A stretch of 64,000 nucleotides of DNA, from contig OZ243974.1 in assembly GCA_965214775.1 (NCBI GenBank), forward strand, positions 2,769,657 through 2,833,656. The letters run 5' to 3'. Below the pieces are notes generated by a model that saw nothing but the letters and a program-made list of their open reading frames with translations, did not search any database and had not been told where the DNA came from. Origin of the DNA: Nitrosopumilus sp. GTDB lineage: Archaea; Thermoproteota; Nitrososphaeria; Nitrososphaerales; Nitrosopumilaceae. A program made the position numbers and the translations under genes. Below, one piece after another: positions 29,772 to 41,666 of the stretch (position 1 is its first letter; every line of letters begins with the position of its first letter).

Positions 29772-32700
29772 GTACAACTTCAGGTCCTTTTTATACTGAC
29801 AGTCAAACATTTTTGGGCAGCATCTTATGATCAGATGCCCCTGCGAACATGGCTGAACATCAGACATTTGTGATCAGATATTGCAGGTTTGGAATTTACG
29901 GGAGTGACATAATATCGGCATCTTGGTCAAAGAATTTCGATGGAAATCTTTTTTGATCTTGCCTGTCTGATGTAACATATGGACTCCAAAGCCGTGCTTG
30001 CACACTGTACGGATCCTGGAAAGGCACTTGTCATGATCATGGAGCAGGATGAGAAGATCTCCGGGCTGGAAAAAGAACTCTCTATTGTCAAGAAGGAGAA
30101 TGCTGATGTCAAGAAGGAGAACTCTAAGCTCCGGGCAAGGCTTGCCCTGTACGAGAGTCCCAACATGCCCACGTCCACGCCGTCATTATACAATGATGCC
30201 AGAAGAAAGTTCAGGGAGAAAAGGGGCGAGGATCCCGGCGGCAGTCCCGGCGATGCTGCTCGGGGCAAGAAACGCGGCCCTCCGTGCGGACACCATGGTA
30301 CATCGCACGGCAACCGGCCATCCATGACATTAAGGTACGATCTTGGCTCCAAAATATGCCCAAAGTGCAACATCCAGTTACGGATGCTCAAGCCGATCCA
30401 CAAGCTTGTCAACGACCTAGATGACTCCATGCGCATGCTCACTGCCAATGCCATCATCCAAAACGCGGTGTGTCCACAGTGCAATACCGTGCATGTCGCA
30501 GCTACCCCGTTTCTAAGCGGCACGTCACTTGGGCCCGTCTCACTCTCTCTAATCATGATGTTCTTTGAGAAGGGAAACACAGACGAGGACATTGCAGAGT
30601 ACTTTCAGTATATGTTTGGATTCAAGATGGCCCCAAATACCGTGACTGCCGCCCGGCACGCAGTGGCAGAGGCGATTCAACAAAACATGATACAACGCAT
30701 ACAGTCATTCATTGCGGGCAGGCCGTGGATACAGATGGACGAGACCGGCTTTAAGCGCGGCGACGGACACATGGGATACGTCTGGGTGCTCAACTGCGAG
30801 GGGGCGTGTTTTGTGGTCTTTGCAGATTCCCGGTCCTCCGAGGTACTGCACACGCACTTTGGATGGCTGGATCCCAAGACTCCCATAGTCGTAGACGGGC
30901 TGGCCCAGTACAAGCTGTTCTTTGTGACAATCCAGAGGTGCTGGAGGCACCTTCTGGCATATGCAGAAAAGCTTGCAGTAAAGATGCCCGAAGGCGATAA
31001 CGAGAAAAGGTATGACTTGCTGCTGGAATTTTACAGGAAGATAGATAAAATCAAGACGCTTGCGCCGCTTACATGCATGGAGCTTTCCAGGGAAGTATAC
31101 AAAATAATCAACCCGTATGAGGACGTTCACGTGCGTAGTATCCTCGGCTACCAATTGATCACAAAAAGGACAATTTTTTTCAACCAAAGGATCTAAGAGC
31201 TATTAGTCCCATATATACACATGAAAGGAAAGAAGGAATTACCGACGGGAACAGCGTTCCTGTACGGGATAGCAAGCAAGGACGAGCTTTTTAGGATGCA
31301 CAAGTCCGAGAAGGACGCCAAGGCGGCAATCCGGCTCCTTGCATACCACATGAGAAAGTGCGGCGCGAGCATATATGATATTGCCGAGAAGCTGAGCAGG
31401 CCGTATGGAACCGTACGATACTGGCTGGTGCGTGCGCACAAGCATGGCCTGGAGGGCAGGTTTGACATAAAGCATGGCGCCCCGTGCAGGCTCGACAAGA
31501 AACAGCTTGAACGGCTGCGCGCAGACCTGATCAAGGGCCCGGACAACTGCGGCTTTAAGGCCACAACATGGACAGGGCCGCTGGTCATTGCCCACGTCAA
31601 AAAGAAGTTCGGCATCACGTATGCAGAAACGAGCATGTACGACCTGCTGCACAGAATCGGCTTCTCATGCAGAAAGCCCAGGCCAAAACACCCAAAATCA
31701 GCCTCAGAATCCGAGAAAAAGGAGTTCAAAAAAAAAGCTAGGCAGAGCGCAAAGTACTATTCAAAAAAGGGGTACACGGTAATGATAGGCGACGAGTCCA
31801 TGTTCATACTGGGATGGAACGTCAAGAACAGCTGGTACCCCGTAGGAGAGCCGGTCTATACGCCCGTCAGCCTGTCTAGGAAGCGGTTCTATGTCATAGG
31901 GGCCCTCTCAAGAAACAGGTTTGACTATCGCTTTTACGAAAAGGCCAACACGGGAACATTCTACAAGTTTCTCAGGACACTGCGCCGCAAGTACGGCAAG
32001 GTGTTGTTGTTTGTCGACAACGCATCGTACCACAAGTCAGCAGAACTCAATAGAAAGATGGCCAAGTGGAACGGGGACGTGGTGCTAAAGTACCTGCCGC
32101 CGTACGCGCCGGAGCTTAACAACTCGGAGGGGCAGTGGCGCGGGTTCAAAAAGGCGACTTCAAACTGCCTTTACAAGACCGTCAAGGAGATGCAGAGATC
32201 ACTGCGCAGTATGACGCGCAGGGGCGAGATAAAGGTGGTAAAGATGAACAAATGGCTGACGTAGATACTACGTACACACCTGCTAAACGCCATACATGAC
32301 ATGTTTACGTGTCTGGCGCATCGGGGAATGCCGCTGCACAACAACGATACGGAGCGGTGCATACGCGACGGGATCATACCACAACGCAATGCTCGCCACA
32401 AGATCGTAACTGACGGCGGAAGAAAGACGGCTTCTGCACTGCTGACGTTCTCGATGACATGTCGCAAGCAGAATATACATCCTGCCGGCGGACTTTTGAA
32501 ATACCTGCGGAATCCGGGCTGGGATATCTTTGCAGAAGCAGGAGATGATGATGATAATGCGCGCCTGCTGTCCTCGCTTGTCAATACGGACGGTACAAGA
32601 TACAGCGTCTTTGAGTGTCCCGGGCCGCCGCCGGTGTGGCCGCCTGTAGTCGATGATGACGCAGGCAGCAGAGGAGGAGCGGTACGCCGGAACCGGACGG

Positions 32701-33020
32701 CCGTCGTACCAGTAGTAGCAGCTCCGATAGTAACAACATGATCCGTCTGGCGCCTACGGGACGGCGTAACCCGTAGCTTCATATCCAAAGATCTGACCGT
32801 GTAGGCAAGTCTGCCAGTCAACAACGCCTGACAAATCTGACAATGCTGGTTTCCTGCAGGTGCCGTCTGCCAATAATCTGTTGTCTGCGCGCTGCCGGTC
32901 TTGCATATACAAGGGACGTGTGGTGATGATGTAGCGGGTCTGTCACAGCAGATGCGGAAGGATCAAAAAGTTCCGGGCAAAAAGTTCCCTAGTCAGTATA
33001 AAAAGGACCTGAAGTTGTAC
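29772..33020 (+). mobile_element. Single-ORF IS66-family element interrupted by IS630-B; transposase 29979-31135 plus 32273-32741
   Basis: 29-bp perfect inverted repeats GTACAACTTCAGGTCCTTTTTATACTGAC; leucine zipper, CxxC pairs, MDETG, VDG, QRCWRHL, NNDTERCIR. Confidence 0.9.
31136..32270 (+). mobile_element. IS630-family element B copy 2, intact; transposase 31221-32264
   Basis: GDES, VDNASYH and APELNNSE; flanked by CG on both sides. Confidence 0.93.
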
Positions 33021-33460
33021 AATTTTCATATGAAACATAATCCTTAATTGATTTTTAGCCCTTCTTTCTGTCTGGTTTCGTGATTCCTTTTCTTACAAGC
33101 CTGTTGTGCCGCATCTTGCGATTCGTCTCAAAGGATAACTCGGGAGCTGCCAGATCGGTTCTGGTATTCGGGCGCTTGTTTTCCTACAAGCAGCCAGCAC
33201 AGCCTTCCAAGATCCCGGCGATTTGCTCAGAATCATGCTTTAGCAGCGATTCAAAGTCTCCTGCATGCCCTCGACAAATCCCTGCAATTTTACAAGCTTT
33301 GAGCTTTGGAATTTTGCATCCGTGTGCCTCTTTTGAGGCATCTGCGGTTGGCGGCTTGGCAAACCCTCTAAAACGCCTGTCACGTTACGATGGCGCCTTC
33401 TTTTGCCACCAGACCTGAACGCCTCTGAGAACCAAAATGCACGACGTTTTGCAGAATATT

Positions 33461-33877
33461 TCAGGTGCTGCTTTTGATGCGCATGATCTTGGTTTTATCC
33501 ATGACGACCCAGTATTCGACATTTTGGCCGTTCTCCAACCTGTCTTTTACCTCGTCATCAATCATGGACACATCGATGGTCTCAAAGGTTTCAGAATCCA
33601 TCACTTGGACCGTATCACCATTAATTGAGATGATCTGGCCGACCTTTTTGTTGATCATGGGCACGTGAATCTGCATGCTGACCGGCCCCACATGAGGCCT
33701 CTTTTGGCCATCAAAGATTCCCTCGGCAACAATTCTTGCCTTTGCCGCCCCGTGTTTTCCGGGTTTTGACGTATCATATTCTACAATCCTGCACGGTTCG
33801 CCACTTGGCTGATCAGAATGCGGCAGCAAAATGTATGACCCGATTTTTAGCGAACCAAGGTCAGAGGGTTTGCTCAT
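33461..33877 (-). CDS. eif5a: Translation factor aIF5A
   Basis: Hypusine loop SKPGKHGAAKAR; VQVMDSETFET. Confidence 0.96.
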   Translation of the reverse strand: MSKPSDLGSLKIGSYILLPHSDQPSGEPCRIVEYDTSKPGKHGAAKARIVAEGIFDGQKRPHVGPVSMQIHVPMINKKVGQIISINGDTVQVMDSETFETIDVSMIDDEVKDRLENGQNVEYWVVMDKTKIMRIKSST

Positions 33878-33911
33878 GAAAAGGCAGGTTTTTGTCGAAT
33901 ATTTAACTTTT

Positions 33912-34523
33912 CTACTTTAGCTGATCAAGAAGAGACAGGCTTATCAGATTTGTCATTGTCAGTCCCTTTCTGTTTGCATCCCTTCGGGTTTGCTCACAGT
34001 ATTTTTTCACGCTTTGATGGCTCTTTTTGCTGGCCACCTCGATTACGACGATATTATTTGAATAGGGAAAAGTGAATCTTGAAGGAGTAGTACAGTACGT
34101 CTTCATGTTTCCCAGGCCGGCCTTTTCGATTTTTTCCCTTTTCAGCAAAAGATTTGCAATTTCCTGTAAATCCTCGCCTTCCTTGTCATACTCCAAATAG
34201 TAAACAGAGACAAAGTTGATTTCTCCCAATATTTCACGTTCAAAAAGATCGTCTTTGATATTGAATACAAAGGAGAGTTTTTCCTGATTGTGAGATTCCA
34301 AATCAGCATAAATTTTCGAACTGTCCTTAAATTTTGCCAAGAGATAATGGTTGGTTGAATCTGAAAAAAAAGGCCTGCTGTCATCAGAGAATGTTCCGGT
34401 CACAAAATATAACGATTCAATATTTCTTGACTTTGTCCAGGAATCTTTCAATTCCACTGATTCATGTGTGTGAAGGTATGGCGCGCACACATACCCAGAA
34501 TAGGACATTTCCAGTTCAGACAC
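33912..34523 (-). CDS. Hypothetical protein
   Basis: 203-aa ORF in the core block, divergent from the tRNA; no recognised motif. Confidence 0.75.
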   Translation of the reverse strand: MSELEMSYSGYVCAPYLHTHESVELKDSWTKSRNIESLYFVTGTFSDDSRPFFSDSTNHYLLAKFKDSSKIYADLESHNQEKLSFVFNIKDDLFEREILGEINFVSVYYLEYDKEGEDLQEIANLLLKREKIEKAGLGNMKTYCTTPSRFTFPYSNNIVVIEVASKKSHQSVKKYCEQTRRDANRKGLTMTNLISLSLLDQLK

Positions 34524-34632
34524 AAGTCAACCTCAGCGCTGGTGAGTATTTATGCCTATTCAGAATTCTACGATCATGAGATCGGCTTGCCTACAATGGT
34601 TTTTTAATAGCAGGGATCTTCGTTTTTCTTGT

Positions 34633-34759
34633 CCCGTGGTAGCTCAGCCTGGTAGAGCTTCCGGCTGTAGTTGTTGGCTTTAGATGGCTTACAGAACAAC
34701 AGCATATCAGGCATACAGAAACCGGGTTGTCGGTGGTTCAACTCCGCCCCGCGGGACCA
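34633..34759 (+). tRNA. tRNA-Tyr(GTA) with a 50-nt intron (34671-34720) at position 37/38 and encoded CCA
   Basis: Acceptor CCCGTGG/CCGCGGG, D arm AGCTC..GAGCT, anticodon GTA 34667-34669, T loop GGTTCAACTCC; BHB central helix CUGU/ACAG. Confidence 0.92.
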
Positions 34760-34797
34760 TCAATCAAGTTTAAACCCTCAGCCTGCATACCATAAGT

Positions 34798-36144
34798 ATG
34801 AAGCCACCTGCAAAGGCAGTCACAAAGAACAGGGTTGCCAAAAATCTTGATGAAAAATTGGACATCCACGGATATGACAAGATCCTACAAAGAGTATGGA
34901 GGCAGATCAAAGACGACCTGCCCGAGTACGTGGAGATGTACCAGAAATACGAAGACTTGCTGGTCACCCAGTCAAAGTCAAAGTCGTCGAAGATCAACAA
35001 CATGAGAAACCTGTTATCACTGGGAAGAATCCTGAAGTCCAAAGGGTATGGCTGGCAGACAATCACCAGAGAACAGGTGGTGGATGTTCAGGCCTACATC
35101 ATGAGGACATGGGCAGATGCAGACGGAAAGGAGACATGGCATACGTCAGATCACAAGAAATTTCTGATGCTGTTTGTGAGATGGCTGAAGACCGGCAAGA
35201 GAGAATACGACAAGAAGATACCAGAACCGGAGGAGATTCTTGACATCACGATCAAAAGAGTGGGACAGAAACTCACAAGAAACGAGCTGCTAAAGCAGGG
35301 CGAGATCAGCGAGCTTCTTGAGGCGTGCGGGGACAACCTAAGGGACAAGGCCTTGATCTCAGTTCATGCCGAGGCCGGGGACAGGGCAGGTGAAACACTG
35401 AACATCCGTATCGGGCATGTGACGTTTTTGAACAACGGCGGCGCCGTGATTCGCGTAAATGGTAAGACGGGAAAGAGGGATGTCCACCTGGTAAAATCCG
35501 TTCCGGAATTATCGGCATGGATCAACTCGCATCCAAGAAAAAAGGACAGGTTTGCGCCGTTGTGGCTGGACAGGTACGGTAGTTTTCTCAGCTATCCGGG
35601 GGCCAGGGCCGTTTTCAAGAGGCGTGTGAAGATGGCCATACGAAGCGCCGAGAATGTGGGAAAGGCCAGCACCCTGAGCGACAAGCGCGTGTTCATGACG
35701 CTATTCAGGCATACTGAAATCACAAACAACGCCAAATGGATGTCGTCCCAGCTGTCAAAGAAGAGGCACGGATGGACCCCGGATTCGGACGTGATTGCAA
35801 ACTATGAGCATCTGATAGATGACGACGTGCAGAATGCGACGTTTAGTCACTACGGGCTGGAGGTCGAAAAATCAAGGGAGGACGAGGAATGCATGCCAAA
35901 GGTCTGCAACGTCTGCAAGAAGCACAACTCCTCGACGTCGATACTTTGCGAGCAGTGCGGCAGGGCTCTGACGCTGAAGGACGCAATCGAGATCGAGGAA
36001 AAGACGGCAGTGGAAAAGGAGCAGACCGACGACGAGGTCAAGAGACTCGAGCAGGTGACTGCCAACCAGGGCAAGAGGATGAAGATAATGGAGGAGAAGC
36101 TGGACGCCCTGACTGAAATCCTAAAGCAGCAGGGCAGTCACTGA
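34798..36144 (+). CDS. Tyrosine recombinase/integrase with C-terminal zinc ribbon and coiled coil
   Basis: RDKALI...GDRAGE, GKTGKR, LFRHT, HGW, NYEHL; CNVC...CEQCG; starts 39 bp after the tRNA. Confidence 0.9.
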   Translation: MKPPAKAVTKNRVAKNLDEKLDIHGYDKILQRVWRQIKDDLPEYVEMYQKYEDLLVTQSKSKSSKINNMRNLLSLGRILKSKGYGWQTITREQVVDVQAYIMRTWADADGKETWHTSDHKKFLMLFVRWLKTGKREYDKKIPEPEEILDITIKRVGQKLTRNELLKQGEISELLEACGDNLRDKALISVHAEAGDRAGETLNIRIGHVTFLNNGGAVIRVNGKTGKRDVHLVKSVPELSAWINSHPRKKDRFAPLWLDRYGSFLSYPGARAVFKRRVKMAIRSAENVGKASTLSDKRVFMTLFRHTEITNNAKWMSSQLSKKRHGWTPDSDVIANYEHLIDDDVQNATFSHYGLEVEKSREDEECMPKVCNVCKKHNSSTSILCEQCGRALTLKDAIEIEEKTAVEKEQTDDEVKRLEQVTANQGKRMKIMEEKLDALTEILKQQGSH

Positions 36145-36706
36145 CGTGTCACATATGCGACCATTCCCAAGATGTTTGCGGTCAAGAAATACGGTAGAGA
36201 ATCAGTTGAGAGATGATTCGGAATTAGAAACCAATCCAAGTAATCTCTTTCTTTTCCTCGATATTAGAAAATCAGTTGAGAGATGATTCGGAATTAGAAA
36301 CTACAAATATCTGGATTTTGCTACACATTTGCCAAGGAATTTCACAGGCAACTTGCTATTTGATGAGAGTTTATCACCTAGGTGATACTGCCGCTCAGGG
36401 TTTTCATGATCATGCCCACCGTGCTGTATTCTCTTGGCGGGGTAAATTCGTACGACTGACTGCAAACAGACAGTTAAGTTAGTTACTTTATGAGTAATGT
36501 GCAATGAATGGACGTTTACTGTTGCTAGTCATGCCGTTACTTGTGGCTGCAATAATAATGCCAATTACCACCACAGTACATGGTTTTTGGTGGATGTTTG
36601 AGGATGTAGAACTGGAGGGATTGTCAACGAAAATGAGCTGTGTCTTTTTAATAGATTGGTTTTAAATTCGACGTGGTCGTGGCGTTTTGGCGGCGTCAAC
36701 ATGCAG

Positions 36707-36824
36707 TAATAGGGTAGCCCCTGCCTAGGCAGCAATCAGGCATGAATCTGCTTGCAGTTGCGGTTTTCATGCCTGAACAGCGGGGGATGTGTGACTTTAA
36801 CTCTAGGCAGGGGCTAACCTATTA
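36707..36824. mobile_element. 118-bp MITE-like element
   Basis: 22-bp inverted repeat with one mismatch, TAATAGG(G/T)TAGCCCCTGCCTAG. Confidence 0.65.
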
Positions 36825-36834
36825 TCATTGGACA

Positions 36835-39084
36835 CTATCTGCCGTCCCAGTCGCCTGCAACAGCTAGATCACCTGCCATCCCGTACCCGAATGTCTGCTC
36901 GGGTATGCCGTCAAACCCGTTGTTGACGTACCATATGCCGTTGCGGAATATGGCAGGAGTGTCGATGCCGTCACCGTCCCAGTCGCCTGCAACAGCTAGA
37001 TCACCTGCCATCCCGTACCCGAATGTCTGCTCGGGTATGCCGTCAAACCCGTTGTTGACGTACCATATGCCGTTGCGGAATATGGCAGGAGTGTCGATGC
37101 CGTCACCGTCCCAGTCGCCTGCAACAGCTAGATCACCTGCCATCCCGTACCCGAATGTCTGCTCGGGTATGCCGTCAAACCCGTTGTTGACGTACCATAT
37201 GCCGTTGCGGAATATGGCAGGAGTGTCGATGCCGTCACCGTCCCAGTCGCCTGCAACAGCTAGATCACCTGCCATCCCGTACCCGAATGTCTGCTCGGGT
37301 ATGCCGTCAAACCCGTTGTTGACGTACCATATGCCGTTGCGGAATATGGCAGGAGTGTCGATGCCGTCACCGTCCCAGTCGCCTGCAACAGCTAGATCAC
37401 CTGCCATCCCGTACCCGAATGTCTGCTCGGGTATGCCGTCAAACCCGTTGTTGACGTACCATATGCCGTTGCGGAATATGGCAGGAGTGGATGTACCGAG
37501 GCCGGAAATGCTCAGGGAATCAACCATCACGTCCTCTGAGGACGAGGATGTTTTTACCGCCAGCCTCACCTTGAAATTGCTCGAATGCAGATGATCTGCC
37601 AGGTCAAACATGTGCTTGGTCCACGTATCATCATCGTCCCGGTTCCCCTGCCAGTCATACGCGTTGATCCAGCTTGTCCCGCCGTTGGTCGAAACGTCCA
37701 CCTCGAGGTACTCCCCGCCATCAAGGTCGTCATCTACATACCTGTAAAGTGTCATGGCAGCCGAGTCGTATCCCGTAAGATCCAACCCGTCGGAGAGGAC
37801 CAGCCTGCATTCAGAGTCGCAGTCGTCCGCCTTGGCCACCGTGTTGGTCGCCGCATTGTGGCCCGGCGGGTGGCCGCCCTCGTCGGGAGATCCCGTACTC
37901 CAGCCGGTTTCGCCCTCCTCGGTCCACACGTCAAGGTCGTCAAAGGACTCGAAGAGGGACGTAGGCGCCTCCAGGCTTCCCGTGACAGGCTTCAGGTTCA
38001 GCTCGGACCGGACATGCTCCCAGGGCGAGTATACGGGAAAGACGTATTTGCAGTCTGGTGAATGGATCGTCGGCGGAAAGTCAGAGAAACATGATTTTCC
38101 CACATGGATGCCGTGAAGCAGCACGCCGTCCCCGGAACCGATGGAGTAGACAGGTGCCCCGCTGTCACCTTTTGCTGACCTGTATCCAGCCGTGTTTTGA
38201 TCGGTAAGCGTCCCGTATGTTGGACTATATATCGTAACCCCGGTTGAGGTCACCCCGCCGGAAGTGGTCGTGTAGTTTTTGTCCCCGATGGTCTTGTTTA
38301 TTATCCCTGCCATGCGCACAATGTCATGAACCTCAGATGTTCTTGTCCCTACAACGTTGAACGGATCGCCGTCAGGGTTGAAGATCTTTTGCTCCAACGC
38401 AATGTTGTCAAGCGTACGGACAAACGCAGAGTCGCTAGACCGGGCATTGGTTGGATTAGTGATCACATTTCCCACACCAATATGGTTCAAGTGATTCTCA
38501 TTTGGCTGGAATATGCCAACATTAAGGCGGGTACCAGCTACATGACCTGACATGACAAATCCCAAATCCCCATTGTTGTTAACTACAGGAATTGTGATTG
38601 GACCAACCGGCAAATCAAGAACAGTGATTGGCACATTGCGGCTGATCTCTATACCACCGATCAGCGGATCGCACCTGTCATTGACTGCATCACATGACTC
38701 CTCTACAAAGTGGCCTGAGACTAGTCGTACCGGAATGGCAGAACCGTTTGTAATTTGTCGTATCTTTTCCATGTATTGCTCTGCCGTCCCGGTGGCATTT
38801 CGATCCAGGCCGATCACCAGCTCGTTGGATGTCCTATTTACAAACGACATGAACACCGGCAGTTCGTCTGCTATGTCGGGCTGTTGTCGTTGCGGTGATG
38901 AATGGGTCAGGATTGCGTCGCTTTGCGCTTGCATGTACCGCGTGATTTTGGCGTGTGCGTCGGCCAAGTCGTCTGTTTGAGACTCTTCGGCATGTATTGA
39001 GGCCGCCACGGCGGACAGAAACACAATCAATGCAAGGAGGGGCGCAATTTTGAGCATGTCTAAAACCCACAACCCAAATAACAC
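36835..39084 (-). CDS. Secreted S1 (chymotrypsin-like) serine protease with beta-sandwich region and five FG-GAP-like C-terminal repeats
   Basis: Signal peptide; triad motifs MSGHV, SDSAF, GDSGAPV; GDWDGDGID repeats. Confidence 0.85.
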   Translation of the reverse strand: MLFGLWVLDMLKIAPLLALIVFLSAVAASIHAEESQTDDLADAHAKITRYMQAQSDAILTHSSPQRQQPDIADELPVFMSFVNRTSNELVIGLDRNATGTAEQYMEKIRQITNGSAIPVRLVSGHFVEESCDAVNDRCDPLIGGIEISRNVPITVLDLPVGPITIPVVNNNGDLGFVMSGHVAGTRLNVGIFQPNENHLNHIGVGNVITNPTNARSSDSAFVRTLDNIALEQKIFNPDGDPFNVVGTRTSEVHDIVRMAGIINKTIGDKNYTTTSGGVTSTGVTIYSPTYGTLTDQNTAGYRSAKGDSGAPVYSIGSGDGVLLHGIHVGKSCFSDFPPTIHSPDCKYVFPVYSPWEHVRSELNLKPVTGSLEAPTSLFESFDDLDVWTEEGETGWSTGSPDEGGHPPGHNAATNTVAKADDCDSECRLVLSDGLDLTGYDSAAMTLYRYVDDDLDGGEYLEVDVSTNGGTSWINAYDWQGNRDDDDTWTKHMFDLADHLHSSNFKVRLAVKTSSSSEDVMVDSLSISGLGTSTPAIFRNGIWYVNNGFDGIPEQTFGYGMAGDLAVAGDWDGDGIDTPAIFRNGIWYVNNGFDGIPEQTFGYGMAGDLAVAGDWDGDGIDTPAIFRNGIWYVNNGFDGIPEQTFGYGMAGDLAVAGDWDGDGIDTPAIFRNGIWYVNNGFDGIPEQTFGYGMAGDLAVAGDWDGDGIDTPAIFRNGIWYVNNGFDGIPEQTFGYGMAGDLAVAGDWDGR
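36842..37489 (-). repeat. Five tandem 132-bp (44-aa) coding repeats that appear identical
   Basis: Period 132 (36842, 36974, ...); unit TPAIFRNGIWYVNNGFDGIPEQTFGYGMAGDLAVAGDWDGDGID. Confidence 0.93.
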
Positions 39085-39365
39085 ACATCCTCACAAGTAC
39101 CCTTAAAGCAATTAAGTTCCGGACCAGAATAGCAGGAAGCACTGCCGCCCCACTCACGGCATAAATCAAAATTATGCATATGACAATGATCATACTCCTC
39201 GCTCCACTTGGCACCGTATGCCTCGCACAATGCAGACGGCGCAGTGGGGTCTATGTCTGTACCGGCCGGCTCTGGCCCGGCAGACGACATTGCAAGTGTA
39301 ACGCCTACTGCCAATATCACTATGGCCGCACTCCAGAGTGCCGCAAGCCTGTCTATTGCCGCCAT
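39060..39365 (-). CDS. Small secreted or anchored Cys-rich protein
   Basis: Hydrophobic N-terminus; 8 Cys with two C-xx-x-GG/GA-like units; overlaps the protease start. Confidence 0.6.
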   Translation of the reverse strand: MAAIDRLAALWSAAIVILAVGVTLAMSSAGPEPAGTDIDPTAPSALCEAYGAKWSEEYDHCHMHNFDLCREWGGSASCYSGPELNCFKGTCEDVCYLGCGF

Positions 39366-39946
39366 GCCTCGCCCTCCTACGCGTGCGCCTCAGACAGCGC
39401 TTCGCCAAGTCTCCAGACGTCGTCCATTGGCATCATCATCATCATGTGTGGATTCTTTTCTTCAATTGTAAAGCTACTATCGCCAAACCTGATTTTTTCT
39501 CCTCCGTCTGCTGTTCCCACTGCATCGTCAATGTCACATTGACAGGGATGATTGCCAGAATTATCCGTGCCAAGGCGTGCAAGATCCAGTCTGACCATTC
39601 AGCATTCTGTACCATATTCCATATTTTAGTACTCTGTTTTGCACAAACCGTCGACGGCCATATACCATGCACCATAACTTGATTTATTTCAAATCCAAGG
39701 TCGTTTTCGGGATTACTTCTAGGAAGACTGTTCCAAATGCAGGCATCATGAAACAGGATGCAATATCAATAAGGATGATGCTTGTCAAATGACAGTTTTT
39801 AGGATCGTGGCCGGCTACTTTTCGAGGCCCAGCAGCGCGTCCTTTTTCATTTCAAAGTCGGATCTTGAGATTATTCCACGCAACATCAGGTCGTGATATT
39901 TCTCGATCTCCCTTATTGCCCTGTCGTGGTTTGGCTCTCGCATCTT

Positions 39947-40432
39947 CTATGAGAGCCATGTCGCCTTGTCTGCTGCAGACGCGCCGTAGCCCCTCATCTT
40001 CCCGGACGGCACCCTCCCTGCAGCCCTTTTGCCGAGATTCCCAAAGCCCGCCGCCACCCTCCGGCCTGCATCGGCCACCTCTTCCTCAACGTTTCTCTGC
40101 GCAGGATCCCTGCGCTTCCATTCCCTCTTTGACCTGCATCCAAAGTTCTCAAGGTTGTACTTGGTAGTCCACCTGAACATGCAGTATATCATGGCAAACA
40201 CGGGGCCGACGGGCACAGCCCAGTCCCACAGCAGCGTCAGCACCACGGATGCGGCGCGTACCGTGCCGTCTGCGATGGCATCAGTAGTATCTGGAGCGCC
40301 GCTCTGCATTGCCGTACCTACGAGATCCTCGATTTGTGGGTTTGGGACATCATACCCCACCAGATCCCACCAGGTCGTGGAACCGTCAAGCGTGTAGAGC
40401 ATCTCGTCTGCCGAGAAGGCCAGCACGAGCAC
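39947..40432 (-). pseudogene. Membrane protein fragment truncated by the adjacent IS
   Basis: TM-like segment LLWDWAVPVGPVFAMIYCMF; ORF abuts the IS end at 40434. Confidence 0.45.
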
Positions 40433-40433
40433 C

Positions 40434-41572
40434 GGGGTTGTTTCCTAATTCGGCAATCTAGTCTAATTTTTTAGATTCTACACTATATTGATCAGAACGG
40501 GCGTGGTTCTCTAATGACGGAACATAAGAGACGCAATGGGTACTGGAAGTATTACCATGCTGCCCACACCCAAGAAATGGTGTTTCTCCTATCCAATATA
40601 GTTTCCTTGATCGTGGAGAACCCGTGTCCCGTGAAGGTTGGTTCCGGACCGGGTCGGCCAATAGTCCACAGCCGTGACAAGCTGGCATGCCTGTGCATAT
40701 TGATGGTGTGTCTGGATATGACATACCGTGACACGCAGTGCATTGCGCACTTTCTAAGGCTGCCTCGCTGGAACGACGAGCCGGTGCCAGACCACGTCAC
40801 CCTGTGCAAATTCATGCCAAAGATTCCAAACAAGTGGCTTGAGGAGATGATATCAGAAACTGCACGCATATGCCTTGCAGGGTTTGACCTGTCTGCACTC
40901 AAGTTTGCGGCCGACAGCACCGGCGTCGTTACTGACAGATACGACAAGAAGAAGAAGAGAAAGGATCTCAAGCCAAAGAAGGTGACGGGCAAAAAGGCCG
41001 ATTCTAGGCACGAATCTGGCGCAAAAAAGGCCGAAAGAAAGAGAAAGGCCAAGCCCTACAAACAATATCTAAAGTGGCACGTGGCATCCGTGCTGGGCCT
41101 GCAGGTAATCCTGGCATGCCGGATTACCTCAGACAGAATGGCAGACACTACCATCCTAAGATCACTCTTGCAGAGAATTGGAAAGATCGGACTCGGATTC
41201 TCTGGCATCTTCAACGCCGACAGGGGATACGACTCGGATGAGAACATAAGGATCCTCAAGGAATCCGGAATGAAACCGAACATCAAGCTGAGAGATAATG
41301 CAGTCCGTACCAAAATGAAACACAGGAAGGAAGCTTCCGAGGCGTTTGATCCGGAATCCTACACGATGCGCGCTACGATAGAGGGAATCTTTGGCGCAGA
41401 GGAGGCAGAGAACCACAGGCTGATGTGCAGGTTCAGAAAGGCATCCACCCGCAGAAGGTTTGGCCTGTGCAAGGCCATAGGATGGAACCTTGAGGTGCTA
41501 AACAGGATGGAGTGTGCTGCAAGGATTGGCGTGCCGGTGGAGGCAGCCTGAGGTGAATTAGGCGACAACCCC
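40434..41572 (+). mobile_element. IS5-family element; transposase 40514-41551
   Basis: Inverted repeats GGGGTTGTTTCCTAATTC / GAATTAGGCGACAACCCC; PDHVTL, ADSTG, ADRGYDS, YTMRATIEGIFG; end remnants at about 7131-7168 and 54222-54242. Confidence 0.88.
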
Positions 41573-41666
41573 CCTGTACACTCCATATTTTCTTACTCAT
41601 ATTTGTGATTCGACCTCCTGATTCAAAAAGTGTGCGAAAAAAAGTGTTCCTATTCTAGCAGGGTCC

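Noticed and set aside
33042-33430. Possible gene between the IS cluster and aIF5A
   Set aside because: No continuous frame or recognisable motif; probably a decayed remnant
36195-36301. Two 37-bp repeats ending GAAAC with 70-bp period next to the integrase, like a mini-CRISPR
   Set aside because: The same motif and downstream sequence occur in the IS630-A left end (about 6677-6745) and at about 54254-54280, so it is better explained as duplicated IS-end sequence
36905-37594. 229-aa repetitive plus-strand ORF
   Set aside because: Antisense shadow of the protease 132-bp repeats
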